DNA from: the human T2T-CHM13v2.0 reference genome, Homo sapiens
Strand: one strand, 5' to 3'
DNA: 64,000 nucleotides
Assembly (NCBI RefSeq): GCF_009914755.1
Contig: NC_060925.1
The notes beneath the pieces are model-generated. The model saw nothing but the letters and a program-made list of their open reading frames with translations, did no database searches and was not told the DNA's origin. The translations under genes were made by a program, and so were the position numbers. The number at the start of each line of letters is the position of its first letter. The stretch's first letter is position 1. Below, piece by piece: positions 27,409 through 41,344 of the stretch.

Positions 27409-27829
27409 TATCCTTGAAGATTTACTAGTATAAATGGTGTAAACAGAATTTCTTGGTGAAGAAAAATTTTTAGGTTTTTGCCTTATAATTTACCATCTCC
27501 ATCCTTCCAAGATACCAATTTTCTTTCCCGTCGTCCATTGTACGGGAGGGCCAAGGTTGCTGCACCTGCTGGCCAACCTTGCATACGTAAATTTTGTTTT
27601 GACGGTTCAGGATACAATGTTTGACAATTGTTTTAATTGTCATGTTGGCATCTACTAATGAGGCTAACACATTTTGAAATTTAAGACATCTTTCTCGACA
27701 GCAACCACAATCATTTCTGATCAGTCCGTGCAGGCCATGTGTACCTGATGACTTCTGAAACAAAGGGGAAGGGGAAGGGAGGCATGTGTTAGAGACAATA
27801 CCCAGTTATCTGTGTTTACACTTCAGTAT

Positions 27830-28015
27830 TCGCACATTTCGAGTCACGTGATCCCTCATAACAACTTTACAAAATGGATAAGAGATATCCCCCTTTTTTC
27901 AGATAAAGAGCTGGCTTCTGAAAGGTTATGCATCGTGGAGCTAATAAGTTATAGAACTGAAATCTAAACTCGTGGCTGGTGGATGCCAAAGCCCAAACTG
28001 TTAACACTTCACCAT
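27830..28015 (-). mobile_element. MIR SINE
   Basis: gatccctcataacaac...atccccc ttttttcagataaaga...gagctaataag...ccaaagcccaaactgttaac. Confidence 0.6.
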
Positions 28016-28160
28016 AAAAATAAAAGGATTGTCTCTATCATTTCTATCATTCAAACTTCCTGAGACTTAATGGTAAAGTTTTCATGTATTTCCTGGATAG
28101 TAGTGTTCTATTTAGATGATGATGATGATGATGATTATTATTATTATTTTTAAAGCGTTG

Positions 28161-28469
<309 letters not shown>

Positions 28470-30391
28470 TCATTTTAGACAGGACTTATGTTTTTCACCG
28501 TGTAAAGAAAAATGTTACAGGTAGCGAAATGGAATAAACTGAAATTCATCACGTATATAGGCAAAGAAACAGTACACTGCTGTTGGAAGTTTCAACAAAC
28601 CTTTTATTTATGCCATTAATATAATCATTATTATAATTCACACAGATGGGATTTATATTATCCTCTAGAAATGTTTACAGCTTCAGAGGTTTCACTGCCT
28701 TCTCAAGAAGAACAATGTTTTCTTTATTCTGAAGTTGGTGTAGGGCAACAAGGAAAGAGACCACCAAGAGATACATCCAGGTGCACATTTTTTTCTCTTA
28801 GTTTATATAATCAAAATTTGTTTGTTTCTAAGAATAAGGAGATCATCACAGAAATGGTTTACCCCAAGTCAGGAAGACAAGGTCAGCTCAGAGTGGGCAT
28901 AAAATTGCTTAAAGCATCTCAGATAGCTAATGTAATAGTGATTTATCAGAATGTCCCTAAAATGACCAATATTTGGGGACAGTAAGAATGGCTAAAGCTT
29001 AAAAAAAATGTAAAAGAGGCTTGAGTTACCTTTCTACTGGTTCTCCAAATATATGATATTTTCATTGTTGCTATTTTTAAATCTAAAAGATTTTTCAATA
29101 ATCATGAAGAATTCCAAATAGGTTCACAGAATCTAGATTTTTTTTGTTTGTACTACAGCAGCGATTTGTTTCAAGAGAAGGAGACAAAATTTCAATGGAA
29201 AAGTTGTGCTTTGTGAATTTAGTTAAAGAGATGTGGATGTAATGAACCAAGGGGTCTCTTTATTTATGGTTACTCTGCAGAGGTAAGTACTCATCTGACG
29301 AGAGGCTATTTGTAGGAAGCTAATTTAGAGTAGAAACAAATAGTTGTGAAAAATGAGGAAATCCTGCTGGGAAAAAAAAGTGTGGCAGGATCACATGAAA
29401 TAAGAGTTTTGGAGTAATTTACTATTCTAGGAAATCCAGCAGCTGGTTTGTCTAAAGAGTTCCTCTTTTTCATGAACACTGGAATAAGGACAGGAAATGG
29501 TTCAAAAGCATGCTGCCTTTCCTGTAACAGATTTCTGTAAAAATTTAATAGCAAAAAATAATTTTTAGAAGCTCAAGATTTTGATGTTTCCGAGATTCTT
29601 TAATGAGACAATGTGTGTATTTCTAACTTTGGTTACTTAGAAGTTTTGGTAGAATGAAGAATTTTGAATAAAGATAAGAGGAAACAAATTTCTGTTTATG
29701 TCATTCATAAAACATGTACGGTATTGAATTCAAAACTTAGTTTTACAGAGTGATGAAAATTTTTATCTAAGCATTGAGAAAATAATAAACCTAATGTAAA
29801 GTAGAACATATATTACATTTTGTAAAACTGCATTTAATTCTTCCAAATAAGGAAATAGAGGAACTGATGCAAATAAGAGATAAGATATCCAAAAGATAAG
29901 AGAACTGGAATGGAAAAAGTAAGCATGCTTAAATCACGCAATTTAAAATTATATCTAGAGGGAGCCTGGAAGAATATTTTAATGGAGTTAATTACCTGCG
30001 TGAGGATTATCTTTTGTATTTTAATTATCCCAATATATTTAAATGTAATCTCTTTATTAAGTATCACAAAGAAAAACATTTCTATTTTTCTGGGTACAGA
30101 GAAACTAATTATTCCATTCAAAATACTACCTAAGGGTTTAAAACTATTTTCCTGTCTCGTGGTTATTAATAGAACCATATATCTTAACCACTGCAACCAA
30201 CTATAGTTTTTAGGTAACAAATTGTATTTTTCATTGGAATTTTTGCCTTTTTCTTACCCCACAGTCATTAAGGAGACACAGCTAGGAAAAAGTATGTGAA
30301 AACACTTTTAAGGGTATACACTATTCAGATAAGATTCTCCTTGATCCTAAATTGCACTTGAAGTTTGGAGGGAAAAAATAATAAAATGCCA

Positions 30392-30853
30392 TGTACTTAT
30401 TTCCTATTGCAACTCTAACAAAAGACCACAAACTTGGTGGCTTAGAATGGCAGAAATTTATTCTAACAGATATGGAGGACAGAGGCCAAAATCAAGCTTT
30501 TAACAGGGCTGTGCTGTCCCCGGAGGCTCCAGGGGAGAATCCTTTCCTTGCCTCTTCCCGCTTCTGGTGGTTGTGGCGCTCCTTAGCTCCTGACTGTGTC
30601 ACTCCAGTCTCCGCTTCCATATTCAATATTGCCTTCTCCCCTATGGGGCGGGGTCAGATCTCCCTCTTATGAGGATACACGTGATGACCATCAGGGACCA
30701 CTTGGATAATTCGGGATAATCTCCCCACCTCAAGATCCTTAGTTAATTACATCTGCAAAGACCCTTTTTCCAAATAAGGTTAACATTTATAGATTCTAGG
30801 GATTAGGATCCTGGATGGGCCCTAATAATTAGGACCATGATTCATCCTACTAC
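30392..30853 (-). mobile_element. MLT1 (MLT1C-like) MaLR LTR
   Basis: accacaaacttggtggctta...cagaaatttattct...ggagaatcctttccttgcctcttcc...ctcaagatcctta...acatctgcaaagaccctttttccaaataagg. Confidence 0.85.
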
Positions 30854-31459
30854 TTGCTGCAACATATAGTATCCGATTCTCAAGTAGCTTTAAATCTACT
30901 GCAGTATGAGGACTATATTGGAATGTAGGTGCTAACTAGAGTTAAATATAATCAAAGTTGCTGTGACTGTAATAGTTCAGGAGGGAAGGTATTTTGGGTG
31001 AAAATAATGGCTCTTTACCCCAGATGCTGCATCTGGTCTCAATTATTGAAGTCATACTATGAAACTGTGTTGTTCTGTGCTAATTAAACGTAGGAATTAA
31101 TTTTTAAATGTTTCGGCAAAAATAGATTTCTTTTATTAGGAATTTATTTTTTAAGATTTATTGACATATTTTACTTAAATTGTCCTTGTGATCTATATTG
31201 GAAGCAGTTTAGAATAGTTGCATTTAGTCTTTTTAAAAGTTTCACAATTAGATGAATAATTCTCTTTGTTTTGTTTCTGGTTATAATTTTCTTCACCTTC
31301 AGGCAATTTGTTAACATGGTGAAGTAATTAAGAAAATAAAATAACACCTCTGATCTGGTCTTGTTTTATATCACTTCCAATAGAGAAAATGATATATGTT
31401 AATATATGTTAAAACATCACATGAGAAACATGAGCAAAACGATTTTCACTGAAAGCATC

Positions 31460-31768
<309 letters not shown>

Positions 31769-32749
31769 TCCAAGCATCCTTAATTTTGATTCAGCAGCAT
31801 GTCTGCAAGAGCAGACCAAGCTATAGATATTAATGTGAATCCGGAGATTATGTCATTGTATCTGTTATTACGTTAACCAGTTTAAGTGAATTACCAATGT
31901 CCAGCAAGACATTACTCACTTTGGAATGCATTCCACTGGCAATTTATCATGGTAATAGGAGGTAGCAAAGGCATATTAGTTCCTTAAGTGGCAGCAATTA
32001 TACCTGCTAATGGAAAGGGAAAATGTTGTTATTAAAACACATTATATCTTTTGTATCAGAGTTGTTCAGCTTTCCTAGATGTCTAGTTTTAGTTCCTTTT
32101 GATTCAAGCTCTTCTGTGTATGTTTATTTCCTTTCAAGAATCATTGAGACCCGGGTTAATTATTTAATTTTTATCTTATATTGCTGTCAAATGCTTTGGG
32201 TCATTAATTCTCTAAGAAATGTGAAGAATTCTACACATATAAGTTTGGAGGGAATTTTGAGGCATATTCTTTGACTCAACTTTCATGGGGAAATGTTTCT
32301 AGTTCAGTGTTGAGGTTTAGGCCCTCCAGCACTACCACGCGGAGCTGATGCAGACAAAGTTGGCTTTCTCCTGGTTACAAATACAATTCCTTTCACTGAT
32401 CACAAATACATATTAATATGATGTGTCTGGGTGCCAGTGTATTCAAAATGATAAATTCATAGATTCTTTGCAGAAATTTACCAAATTAGAGTTAAATTAT
32501 TTGGATCTGGATCTTTATTTCATAATGACCAGAATTGCTTATTCTAAGAAAACCATCATTGTGTTTGAAGGATTGAATGGAGCAATCATAGATTTTATAA
32601 TTATCTCAAGAACTTAATACAATTTTATGATTGCTCTTTCCAAACCATAAACAAAATTGCAATTACCCTATTGAAAATGTTTAAGAATTACTGTTATGGG
32701 CTGTTTAACCTATCTATTAACCTATCTAGAACCTCATTAAAACTGGTAA

Positions 32750-32874
32750 GCTGGTGCGGTGGCATGCACCTGAATGTCCCAGCTATGGAGGCTGAGGTGG
32801 GAGGATCACTTGAGCCCAGGGGTTCAAGTCCAGTCTGGGCAACACAGTAAGACCTCATCTGAAAAAAAAAAAAA
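32750..32874 (+). mobile_element. Free left Alu monomer (FLAM_A-like) with TSD
   Basis: Monomer of about 110 nt plus A tail; actggtaa(gct) at 32742-32752 and 32890-32900. Confidence 0.85.
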
Positions 32875-33760
32875 AGCACAAATCCAAACACTGGTAAGCT
32901 CTCCTTGGGCACCTGATTTCTAATTTCAGAAAACAACTTGATAACATCCTATGTGATGCAGTTAACATTTTCTTTCTCAATATGCTGATACATTACTTCC
33001 CAGAATGATAGATGCATTTTTTTCTCAATACAACAATACGGTAGATATGCAGGGTAAAAAAACACATTTATTTTGACTGTAACCTACTGGTTTTAGGTAA
33101 CAACTTATAGAATTTATCTTGAAGCAATAATTAAAACAGTGCCTCAGGTACTCCTCATTCTCTGGGGAAAGGATTGGTCTGAAACCACCTTCTACCCCCA
33201 CAGGTCAAAATTATATATCGGTGTGTGAAGGTGAGTGTGTGGCTTCCATTATGTCCTGAAGCATGGAGAGCACATTATTGGGCAAGAGGGCCTTCTGGCT
33301 GTTTCCTTTGGGCTCCAGGATGCTGCCTTTCCCCATTTCCCTGCACTTGGCTGGTTTGTGTTGAAGACTGAGACCTGGCTTTGTAGTAACATAGAGACTG
33401 CTCTGTTTGGGCATGGTTGGAGCTTGTTTGGTGGCTTTCTCTGGCTGCCTCCACCTCTCTGGTTCCTGCTGGTGGGTTCTCTCTAGGCCCCAATAAGGTC
33501 TGCACTTTGTCCCATTTGGCTCCTACTAGGCTCTTCTCTGAAGGCCTCCTCTGGCTAGTCTCCTGGCAGCCTGTCAGACACTTCAGAGCCTGTTTCCACC
33601 TCACAGCAACTGAGGGAGGTCCAGGAAGTGCCGGCTGCAGAGCAACCCCCACTCAGCCTCCTGGACAGCCAGGTTCAGTTTCATATGGTGGCTATCCTCC
33701 AGGCTGGTGTGGGTAGCCTCTTTCTAGAGTCCTGAGTGGAGAAGGAGGGCAAAGGCCCAG

Positions 33761-34120
33761 TAATATGGTTTGGCTGTGTCCCCATTCAAATCTCATCTTG
33801 AATTGTAGCTGTTATAATTCCCACCTGTTACGGGAGGGACCTGGTGGGAAATAATTGAATCATGGGAGTGGTTTCCCCCATACTATTCTTGTCTTAGTGA
33901 GTAAGTTTCACGAGATCTGATTGTTTTATAAGGGGAGACCCTTTTCGCTTGCCTCTCATTCTTTTGTCTGCCACCATGGAAGACATGCCTTTCACCTTCC
34001 ACCATGACTGTGAGGCCTTCCCAGCCACGTGGAACTATGAGTCTATTAAACTTCTTTTTCTTTATAAATTACCCAGTCTCGGGTATGCCGTGATCAGCAG
34101 TGTGAAAACAGACTGATACA
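33761..34120 (+). mobile_element. THE1B-like MaLR solo LTR with perfect 5-bp TSD
   Basis: taatatggtttggctgtgtcccc...ataaattacccagtctcgggtatg...gactgataca; TSD cccag at 33756-33760 and 34121-34125. Confidence 0.95.
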
Positions 34121-34216
34121 CCCAGCTTTGCTTTAGTGATTCCCTCTGCTTCACCCTACCTTCCCATCCCAGGGACAATGTGAATAGAAGAAAAAATTAG
34201 ACATATATCCCCTTAC

Positions 34217-34276
34217 CCTCAGCCTCCTCTGCTCTTTTTCCTCAGCCTCCTCTGCTCTTTTTCCTCAGCCTCCTCT
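34217..34276. repeat. 23-bp tandem repeat x2.6 (cctcagcctcctctgctcttttt)
   Basis: Directly visible perfect copies. Confidence 0.9.
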
Positions 34277-35603
34277 CTTCTTCCATCATCCATTCTCCAG
34301 GACCCACAAAAGGGCAGCTTTTCCTAGATCCTGTACTGCCTCTGGATGCAAGCATGATAAATAATCCCCAAGGAAGAACAGGGACAAGGTCTCTACTCAC
34401 TGAGAGAACTCTGGGCTGTGACCCACCTGCTTAATTAACTCTTGATAAAGCAGATGACAACAACTGGAATTCAGCAAATCCTTTATATATAATGCCTACC
34501 TCTCAATATCTCTTTCTAAACATAATCAAGTTTTCTAGTTTGTTGTTATTTTTTTCCCACTTTCTGCCCTTAGAAGAAAGAGAAAGGTAGTGTTGGGACA
34601 GAATTAAAGGAGGAAAAGTGGAATCCATTGCTTTAATACTTTTACAATCACATTATCCCTAATATTTAAATATTTATGTGATAAGTGTATACATGCACAT
34701 GTAAATATAATATTCCTTCCCCATGTTAGCTATATGACAATAAGAAAGTTCTTTAATTCTGTTTGCTCTCTCTAAGATATGGATGTAAAAGTACATACCT
34801 CAAAAGATTGTTTTTAAAAATGGTAAATGGTGTTTAGTATGTACAATGACAGATAAAGCTTTCAAGATCTCTAAAGATACAAGTCTTCTAATGATCTTTT
34901 TTGACTTTGAGTGACTTACTTCACAAATCAGGCCCCATCAACTCATCATATAATGACTCAGATGGCTGCTAAGAAAACCAATCATAAAAACTTTCATAAT
35001 TATGGCAAACTGAGAAAAATTTAAATACTGCGATAACACAAATTAGTAGGAAATACATTTATGTATTTTCAGTAAGTTCGTTGTGTCAGTCAATTTGCAG
35101 AATTCCTTGGAAAGTGATCATATCTTTTGGAGTTTAAGATATCCATTCTTCCTTCCACTATAAGCTCTGAATGTAATATGAAATAAGAAAAAGTAATTGA
35201 AAAATAACAAAGCAAAACATCACCCTTATAATAAGTAAAGCTGAAGTAATAAAATGTTGGTTTATGTCAGTAGTGAAGTAAGTTTCCTGATACTGAAATT
35301 CTGAATTGGATGGCAAAGCTGGACTGGGTCAAGTGTCTCCTTGCAGTGGGGGAGTCTGGTCATAAATGTCTGGAATGAAGGTGCACAGAGGGCATCCCAG
35401 ACTTTAGGCACAAAAGATTTGAATTTTAAGATGATGTCTGTAGATATATATGATTTATCCCACTGTGGTATTTCATTGATATAACTGAATTCTGAAGATG
35501 ATTCTCAAGTAGGCTACCCATTCCCTTCTGAGGAAATCAAAAGGGATATTTATGTTTTTTTAAAAAACAGCAACAACAACAACAAAAGAAAGTTCAGGGT
35601 GAT

Positions 35604-35978
35604 TGATATGGTTTGGCTCTTTGTCCCCACCCAAATCTCATCTCAAATTGTAATTCCCATAATCCCTGTATGTCGAGGGAGGGTCCTGGTAGGAGGTGAT
35701 TGGATCATGGGGGCAGTTCCCCCATGCTGTTCTTGTGACAGTGAGTGAATTATCATGAGATCTGATGGTTTTATAAATGGCAGTTTCCCCTGGGCTTTTC
35801 TGTCCTTCCTGCCACCTTGTGAAGAAAGTGCTTGTTTCCCCTTCATCTACTGCCATGACTGTAAGTTTCCTGAGGTCTCCCCAGCCATGTGGAACTGTGA
35901 GTCAGTTAAACCTCATTCCTTTGTAAATTACCCAGTCTCGGGTATTTCTTTATAGCAGCGTGATAACCAACGAATACA
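35604..35978 (+). mobile_element. THE1D/MSTA-like MaLR solo LTR with perfect 5-bp TSD
   Basis: tgatatggtttggct...ccccacccaaatctcatc...gtaagtttcctgagg...gaataca; TSD gtgat at 35599-35603 and 35979-35983. Confidence 0.95.
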
Positions 35979-38900
35979 GTGATGCTTCTAAAATGAAATG
36001 GTCAGGAGCCCTTGCTCTCCCTGGTGGAAGTAGTAGAGCTGTGATAGATATGGAAAATCTCTTTCTGTTATTTTCTCATGTTTGTTACTAACATCAACTG
36101 CCCTAGTAGTTTATGAATGGCCAGTTTGTTGGTGTACTCAAATCTATACTAATGCTTGCAGATTGGTTTTATTTGCTTGCAGCTGAGCATTGATTACGGC
36201 CATTGTTTCAAATAACTGACAGCCGAGAGTGCTTTACAAATCAAAACGATGAAATGGTACAGGATGGTCCCTTAAATTATATAGTCTGCTCAAAAATGTG
36301 AGGGAGTTTAATGTTAAACTCCCAAAAGAAGTAAGTGACTGAGAGGTCACCGTAGTTCATGGAGCACCTTTACTAGATGATCTGAATGACTAGCTTTGAG
36401 ATGGAGTAAAAATATTTCCATTCCCCTCCCATCTAGAAAATCACTGGCAAACAAAAACAGCGAGAAGTAAACACAAACTCCATCTTCACTGATACTAGAA
36501 GATAGCAATAACTCTGGGGAAATGGGAAGAGGAACAGGTGCTGGATTAAACACAGGCTTACATGTAAGTCTGCAGAGTGAACTTTGAGACTCCTGTGCCC
36601 AGCTGCCTTCCCTGCCAGATGACAAAAGCTGGCGGCAATAGTGAGGCTGGGGGAACTTTATCTGGATAACCCGAATCTACCCAGAGAAATGACATCATAA
36701 TAATGGAGATTAAGTGGCTGCCAGTTAAAAAGGTGACCAGGCCCAAGATCACCTTGTAATGCCAAAGTGGACAAGCATCACCTTCCCACTACACCTTCCA
36801 ACCAGCTTGTTAGGGCCTGGCCTATAAATAAGAACACCCAAGTTAGTGCAGAGAAAGTTTCTGGGAAGTATTTTAGCAAGGAAACAGTGCAAAAAATATT
36901 TCCCAGAACTAGAAGATAGGAGTTTCCAGATTGAAAAGACACGCTGACTGTCCAGCACTTCAAATGAATTCAAATCCACACTGAGGTGCACAGCTGTGAA
37001 ATTGCAGAGCTCTTTGGAGCCCAGATTGTTTAGTGTAGAGCAGTCTTGGAGATGCATATATCCTCCCTTATACCTCTGGGACCCATTAGGGACACTGACC
37101 TGTTTTAAGATGGTTGGATCAGGACAGAGTCACCACCAGCTGTCCCTTTTTCTGGGAGTAACATTCCCTGTGGCCCTTACAGCACTGTGCATTGTCAAAC
37201 ACTGCATTGGTCCATCTTTTATTCTCACAGTGATCTCCGTCTCCTGCACGTCATTACGCTCTCGTGTGCCCAGTCAGCATAGTCCCAGCACATCAGAGAA
37301 GTCTCCACTATGTCCAACTCCAAATGAAAGGGGCCAGAGCTCCATCTCCTTTTCTCTTACAAGTAATTTTTGTGCTAACTCATAAATGTAAATAGATGTG
37401 TGGGCATTTTCTTTTCTTTTTTCCCCCTAGAGTTCAACCTCTTGATACTGGTCAGTGCTTTTGCAGTAGGACTGACTTCTTTGACTTCTTTTCCCAAGCC
37501 CTGGCTCAGCCAGTATGTCATATCAACTACCATTTAATTATAAAACTACCATATGCCAGACGCTATGCTAAATAATTCACAGATAATGTCTAAATAAGCT
37601 TTACAAGCATCCTATTGGAAAGTTACAGTACTCCCCATTTTAGCTTGGGTTTAATCTAAAGCTGTATTTTTTAGCCATTTTACCACCAAAAGCTTGTGCA
37701 AGTTAAAATCTAGGGCTTCCATATATGCAGGGGAATCCAGATGCAGGCACGAGAAGGAGATATTCCTCTACCCATGATGACATTGAGGCCCAGGACAGCC
37801 CCAGTGACTGCTGAAGAATCCTTGGACCCCGTTGATAAAACGGAGATGAGATTCCAATTCAAAAGATTTCACAATTTCAGTCCTCTTCTTCCAGACACTG
37901 AAGTGGGTAACAGATATTACTAATTTTCTGACTGAAACTGAGAAGCTTGAGTCATCATTTCTAGACTGTATGTTAGTAAATTTTTTGTTAGAATTGTGAT
38001 ATTAATGAAGGTCATGTTGAATGAGATTTCCTAGTTCTGTATAAATTTGCATCATGATGATATACATCTTTTCCGGCTAATGTCCATCACAACTAATAAT
38101 CATTAGCAATCAGCAAACTCATAAATGTTTGTCCCCATTGCTCTTTGAAACTAGTTCATTTAAATGATGATTTCTGTTCTCATTAGGTATTTGCCATATT
38201 GTAACCTTGTTCCCAAGGATAACAGGGTTTTATAGTTTATTTGAACATAATAATACTCTCCTAGTCAAAATAGTTAAGTAATAGTGACACTAAATGTCAG
38301 CTCTTAATGGATGTGATATGGGATGCATATGAAACATATTTCATTTAAAGCGATTATTTTTATTTCAGAGAAAAATGCAATCATGTTATTAAGGATTCCA
38401 CAAAGCACTTCAGAGCAAAGAGAGAACTTTTATACTTTACATGTAGTCTTCCTTTGTCTGTGATTGTTTATATCCCGCTTAGAATTTAGCTTTCTTTCCA
38501 ATATTCTGTTTCTTCTCTAAATGTTCTCACCTCATCTTCACTTCGTTGAATATCCTATTCATCCCTAAGCTTCCAGGGGTTCTTGGGCATTTGGAGGGTT
38601 TGGCCCTACCCTAGTACTTAGGTGTACACATAGTACGGACACCTTTCATACCTTCTCTTCCATGCCGCACTCCTTCCCATCGCCACGAGGCTGCCTAGTT
38701 CCTCGCATTCTTTTTTTCCCCCTACCATTTAGTGCCAACTTTTTTGCAACTTTGGCTGTCACTTTCCCTTTTTCTCCTCTAATCCTTGCTTCTACCTTTT
38801 CAGTGCTATACCAGTTTGATATCCCAGCAGTTTTACTGAGTTCCTTCTGCGTGAAGAAAATCAAAGAGATGAGGATGCTGAGTAATATCACCTTAAAATG

Positions 38901-39714
38901 TAATCAAGAAAAGTTTATCGGTAGAAAGTTACTTTAATTAGTTTAACATTGATATGTCCCAGGGCCAAAGCCTTGACCCTGGTTCCCTGGAATGTCATGG
39001 GAAATTCTCTTCCCTAAGCCATATTCTTTCCAAACCAGTTACTAAAGTCTTTTAATTTTACATGAGAGTTATTAGAATAAGAAAAAAGTTCTATTTAGTG
39101 TGCATAGCCTATATTGAAATCAAATGATCCTTAATATGCATAGTCTCATAGAACTATGCAATGTATGCAGTGTAGATTTCCATAGACCATCCTCTTATCC
39201 CTCTAGTTCTGCCTGCTAATAGGTACTCCAGCCAAGATCTTTAGCTCGTCCCAGGTCCCAGGGCAGATCTCTTCACTGTATTGTTCTCTTTTAAACAATT
39301 TCACAAAAAGCAAGCATTTTGTGTGTATATATAGTATAATTATGCATATATTAATCATGTTCTTTTAAATTTTGCATTCCTGAACCAGTAGTTTTCATAT
39401 CACTCTTTTTCCTTAGCTTTATCATCTGGACCTTGTCTTCCACACTAGGTCCCCCATCATACCTTAGAAAGTTATTTCTTGATCTATTTAGTAATTTCTC
39501 TATTTAGTTAGTTTTAGTGGTAGAGGCTGGATCTGGTCTCTTGTCTCCTGATCTAATGCTCTTTGCCCTGTACAAGGATGACCCTGAAATCATCTCATCT
39601 AAAAACAATGCAAGCAGACTTACCCTGGCAATTGAGGGTTAGTCTTTTCTTTGTACACAGATAGTTTTTGGTTAAGGGAAGAGATATTTGTCTGTGTTTC
39701 TTACCCCATTTGAG

Positions 39715-40460
39715 TTTATTCTCAGCTGAGCTGCCAAAATGATCCTTGTAAAAGCTCAGCCAGAGAGTGATACCCCTATACTCAGATCCCTGCATTGTTC
39801 CCCATTTCACTCAGAGAAAAAGCCAGAGTAGGTACAGGTCCAGAGGCCCAGCATGGTTTGGATGTTCATTTCCCAGCTGCCCTCCTCTCCTTCTTTCTGT
39901 CTTCACTTATCTCCAGCTGTGCTATTATTCTTGCTGGTCCTCATTTGGGCCACACCAGATTCCACCCTGGGGCCCTTTGTCCAGCGCTGGGCCTGGAGCA
40001 CTCTTCTCGGTTATGCACTGGCCAGCTCCCTTACTACCTTCATGTTTTTGATGGAATCTCACCCCTTTGCCAGGCCTACCTAGACTACCCTACTTAACAG
40101 AGCAGCCTGTCCTCCTTCCTTCCTCCTGCATCCAGGCATTCTTGGCATAATCAAATTATTCTTTTTTGCCTTATCACTTATCAGTTTGAGGCATTCTTTA
40201 TAAGTTACTTTTTACTGGATTTATTGTTGATTATTTTATTCCCTCCACCATATATTATGTTCAATGAGGGAAATAATTTCCTTCTTCTTCTTTCTTTTCC
40301 CTCATGCTGCTCCTCCTCCTCTTTCTCCTTCTTTTTCATCTTTTTTCTTCCTCTTCTTTCTTTCTTCCTCCTCTTCCTCCTCCTCTTCTTATTTTCTTCT
40401 TCTTCTAACCTAGAATACCCTGTGGCATATATTAGGCATTCAAAATTATTTGTTGAATGG
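39715..40460 (+). mobile_element. L2 LINE 3' segment containing a (CTT/CCT) low-complexity tract (about 40281-40405)
   Basis: gccaaaatgatccttgtaaaa...ttccccatttcactcagagaaaaagcca...cctagaataccctgtggcatatattaggcattcaaaattatttgttgaatg. Confidence 0.7.
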
Positions 40461-41344
40461 AGGTAACAATCTTTTATTTTATTTTATTTTGAATGGAGGT
40501 AACAATCTTAATCAATGATTTGGCTCTAATGTTGCCAACAGAATAGACGGCACCATTTCAAGAATTACTAATGCTGATTTTATAGTGGTAGAATCTATGT
40601 CCTGATTCTGATGTAAAAATAAATATGTTGGTAGAGAAACTTTAAATCTCATACATCCTATGATAAGGATTAGAGGATTTAAATTAAATAGACTCAAGTC
40701 TTGTTTTGTTTTTTCCAACTGGTATATTATTTGTGTAGGTAAGTTTCTCTTTTTGTAAAAATGCCATTTAAATAAGAACCTCTACGTATTAGCACCTTCA
40801 CATAAAAAAAGGTGAAAATCTCTGAGTAAGATAGGACAGGAAGTGGGAGTGATTCCTCTTTCAGTTGAGCAGCCTAAAGGGTTGTTGAGGGTGTTTCTTA
40901 TACCTCCGGCTGACTAAAGCCATTAGTCTGTTGTGAATGAAGAGAGTGAAACTTCAAGTCCTAATAAAGCTCAGGGACAACCCAAATAATTCATATTCTT
41001 TTATTGTTAATATCTTACAAGATTTCTAATGCAACAACCACAGTATTTGTTTGGCTTACTGTGTCTCTGAATTAATAGGGGTTCATGTTTTCTCCTAGGT
41101 TGAGCCAGTTTTTTTGGGTTCTGTGCTAAAATACGACTCCATTCTAGAGGCTGGGAAAGCTATGCAGTATTTGAGCCAGAGTAGACCTTGAAGGGCCCAG
41201 GAAGGTGTCCAGGGCAGCACAGACAGCTCTAGTCAGTGACGGTCATGGGAAGTCATCAGTCAGGCCTGAACAGGGGCTGGAGAACATGTTTGCACTCCTA
41301 CAGGTGTGTATATATAGAGATATATATACACACACAGGGTTATA

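Noticed and set aside
33211-33716. Four overlapping ORFs in a GC-richer block
   Set aside because: Stop-codon scarcity follows from local GC content. No recognisable protein; probably an old LTR-like element that I cannot assign.
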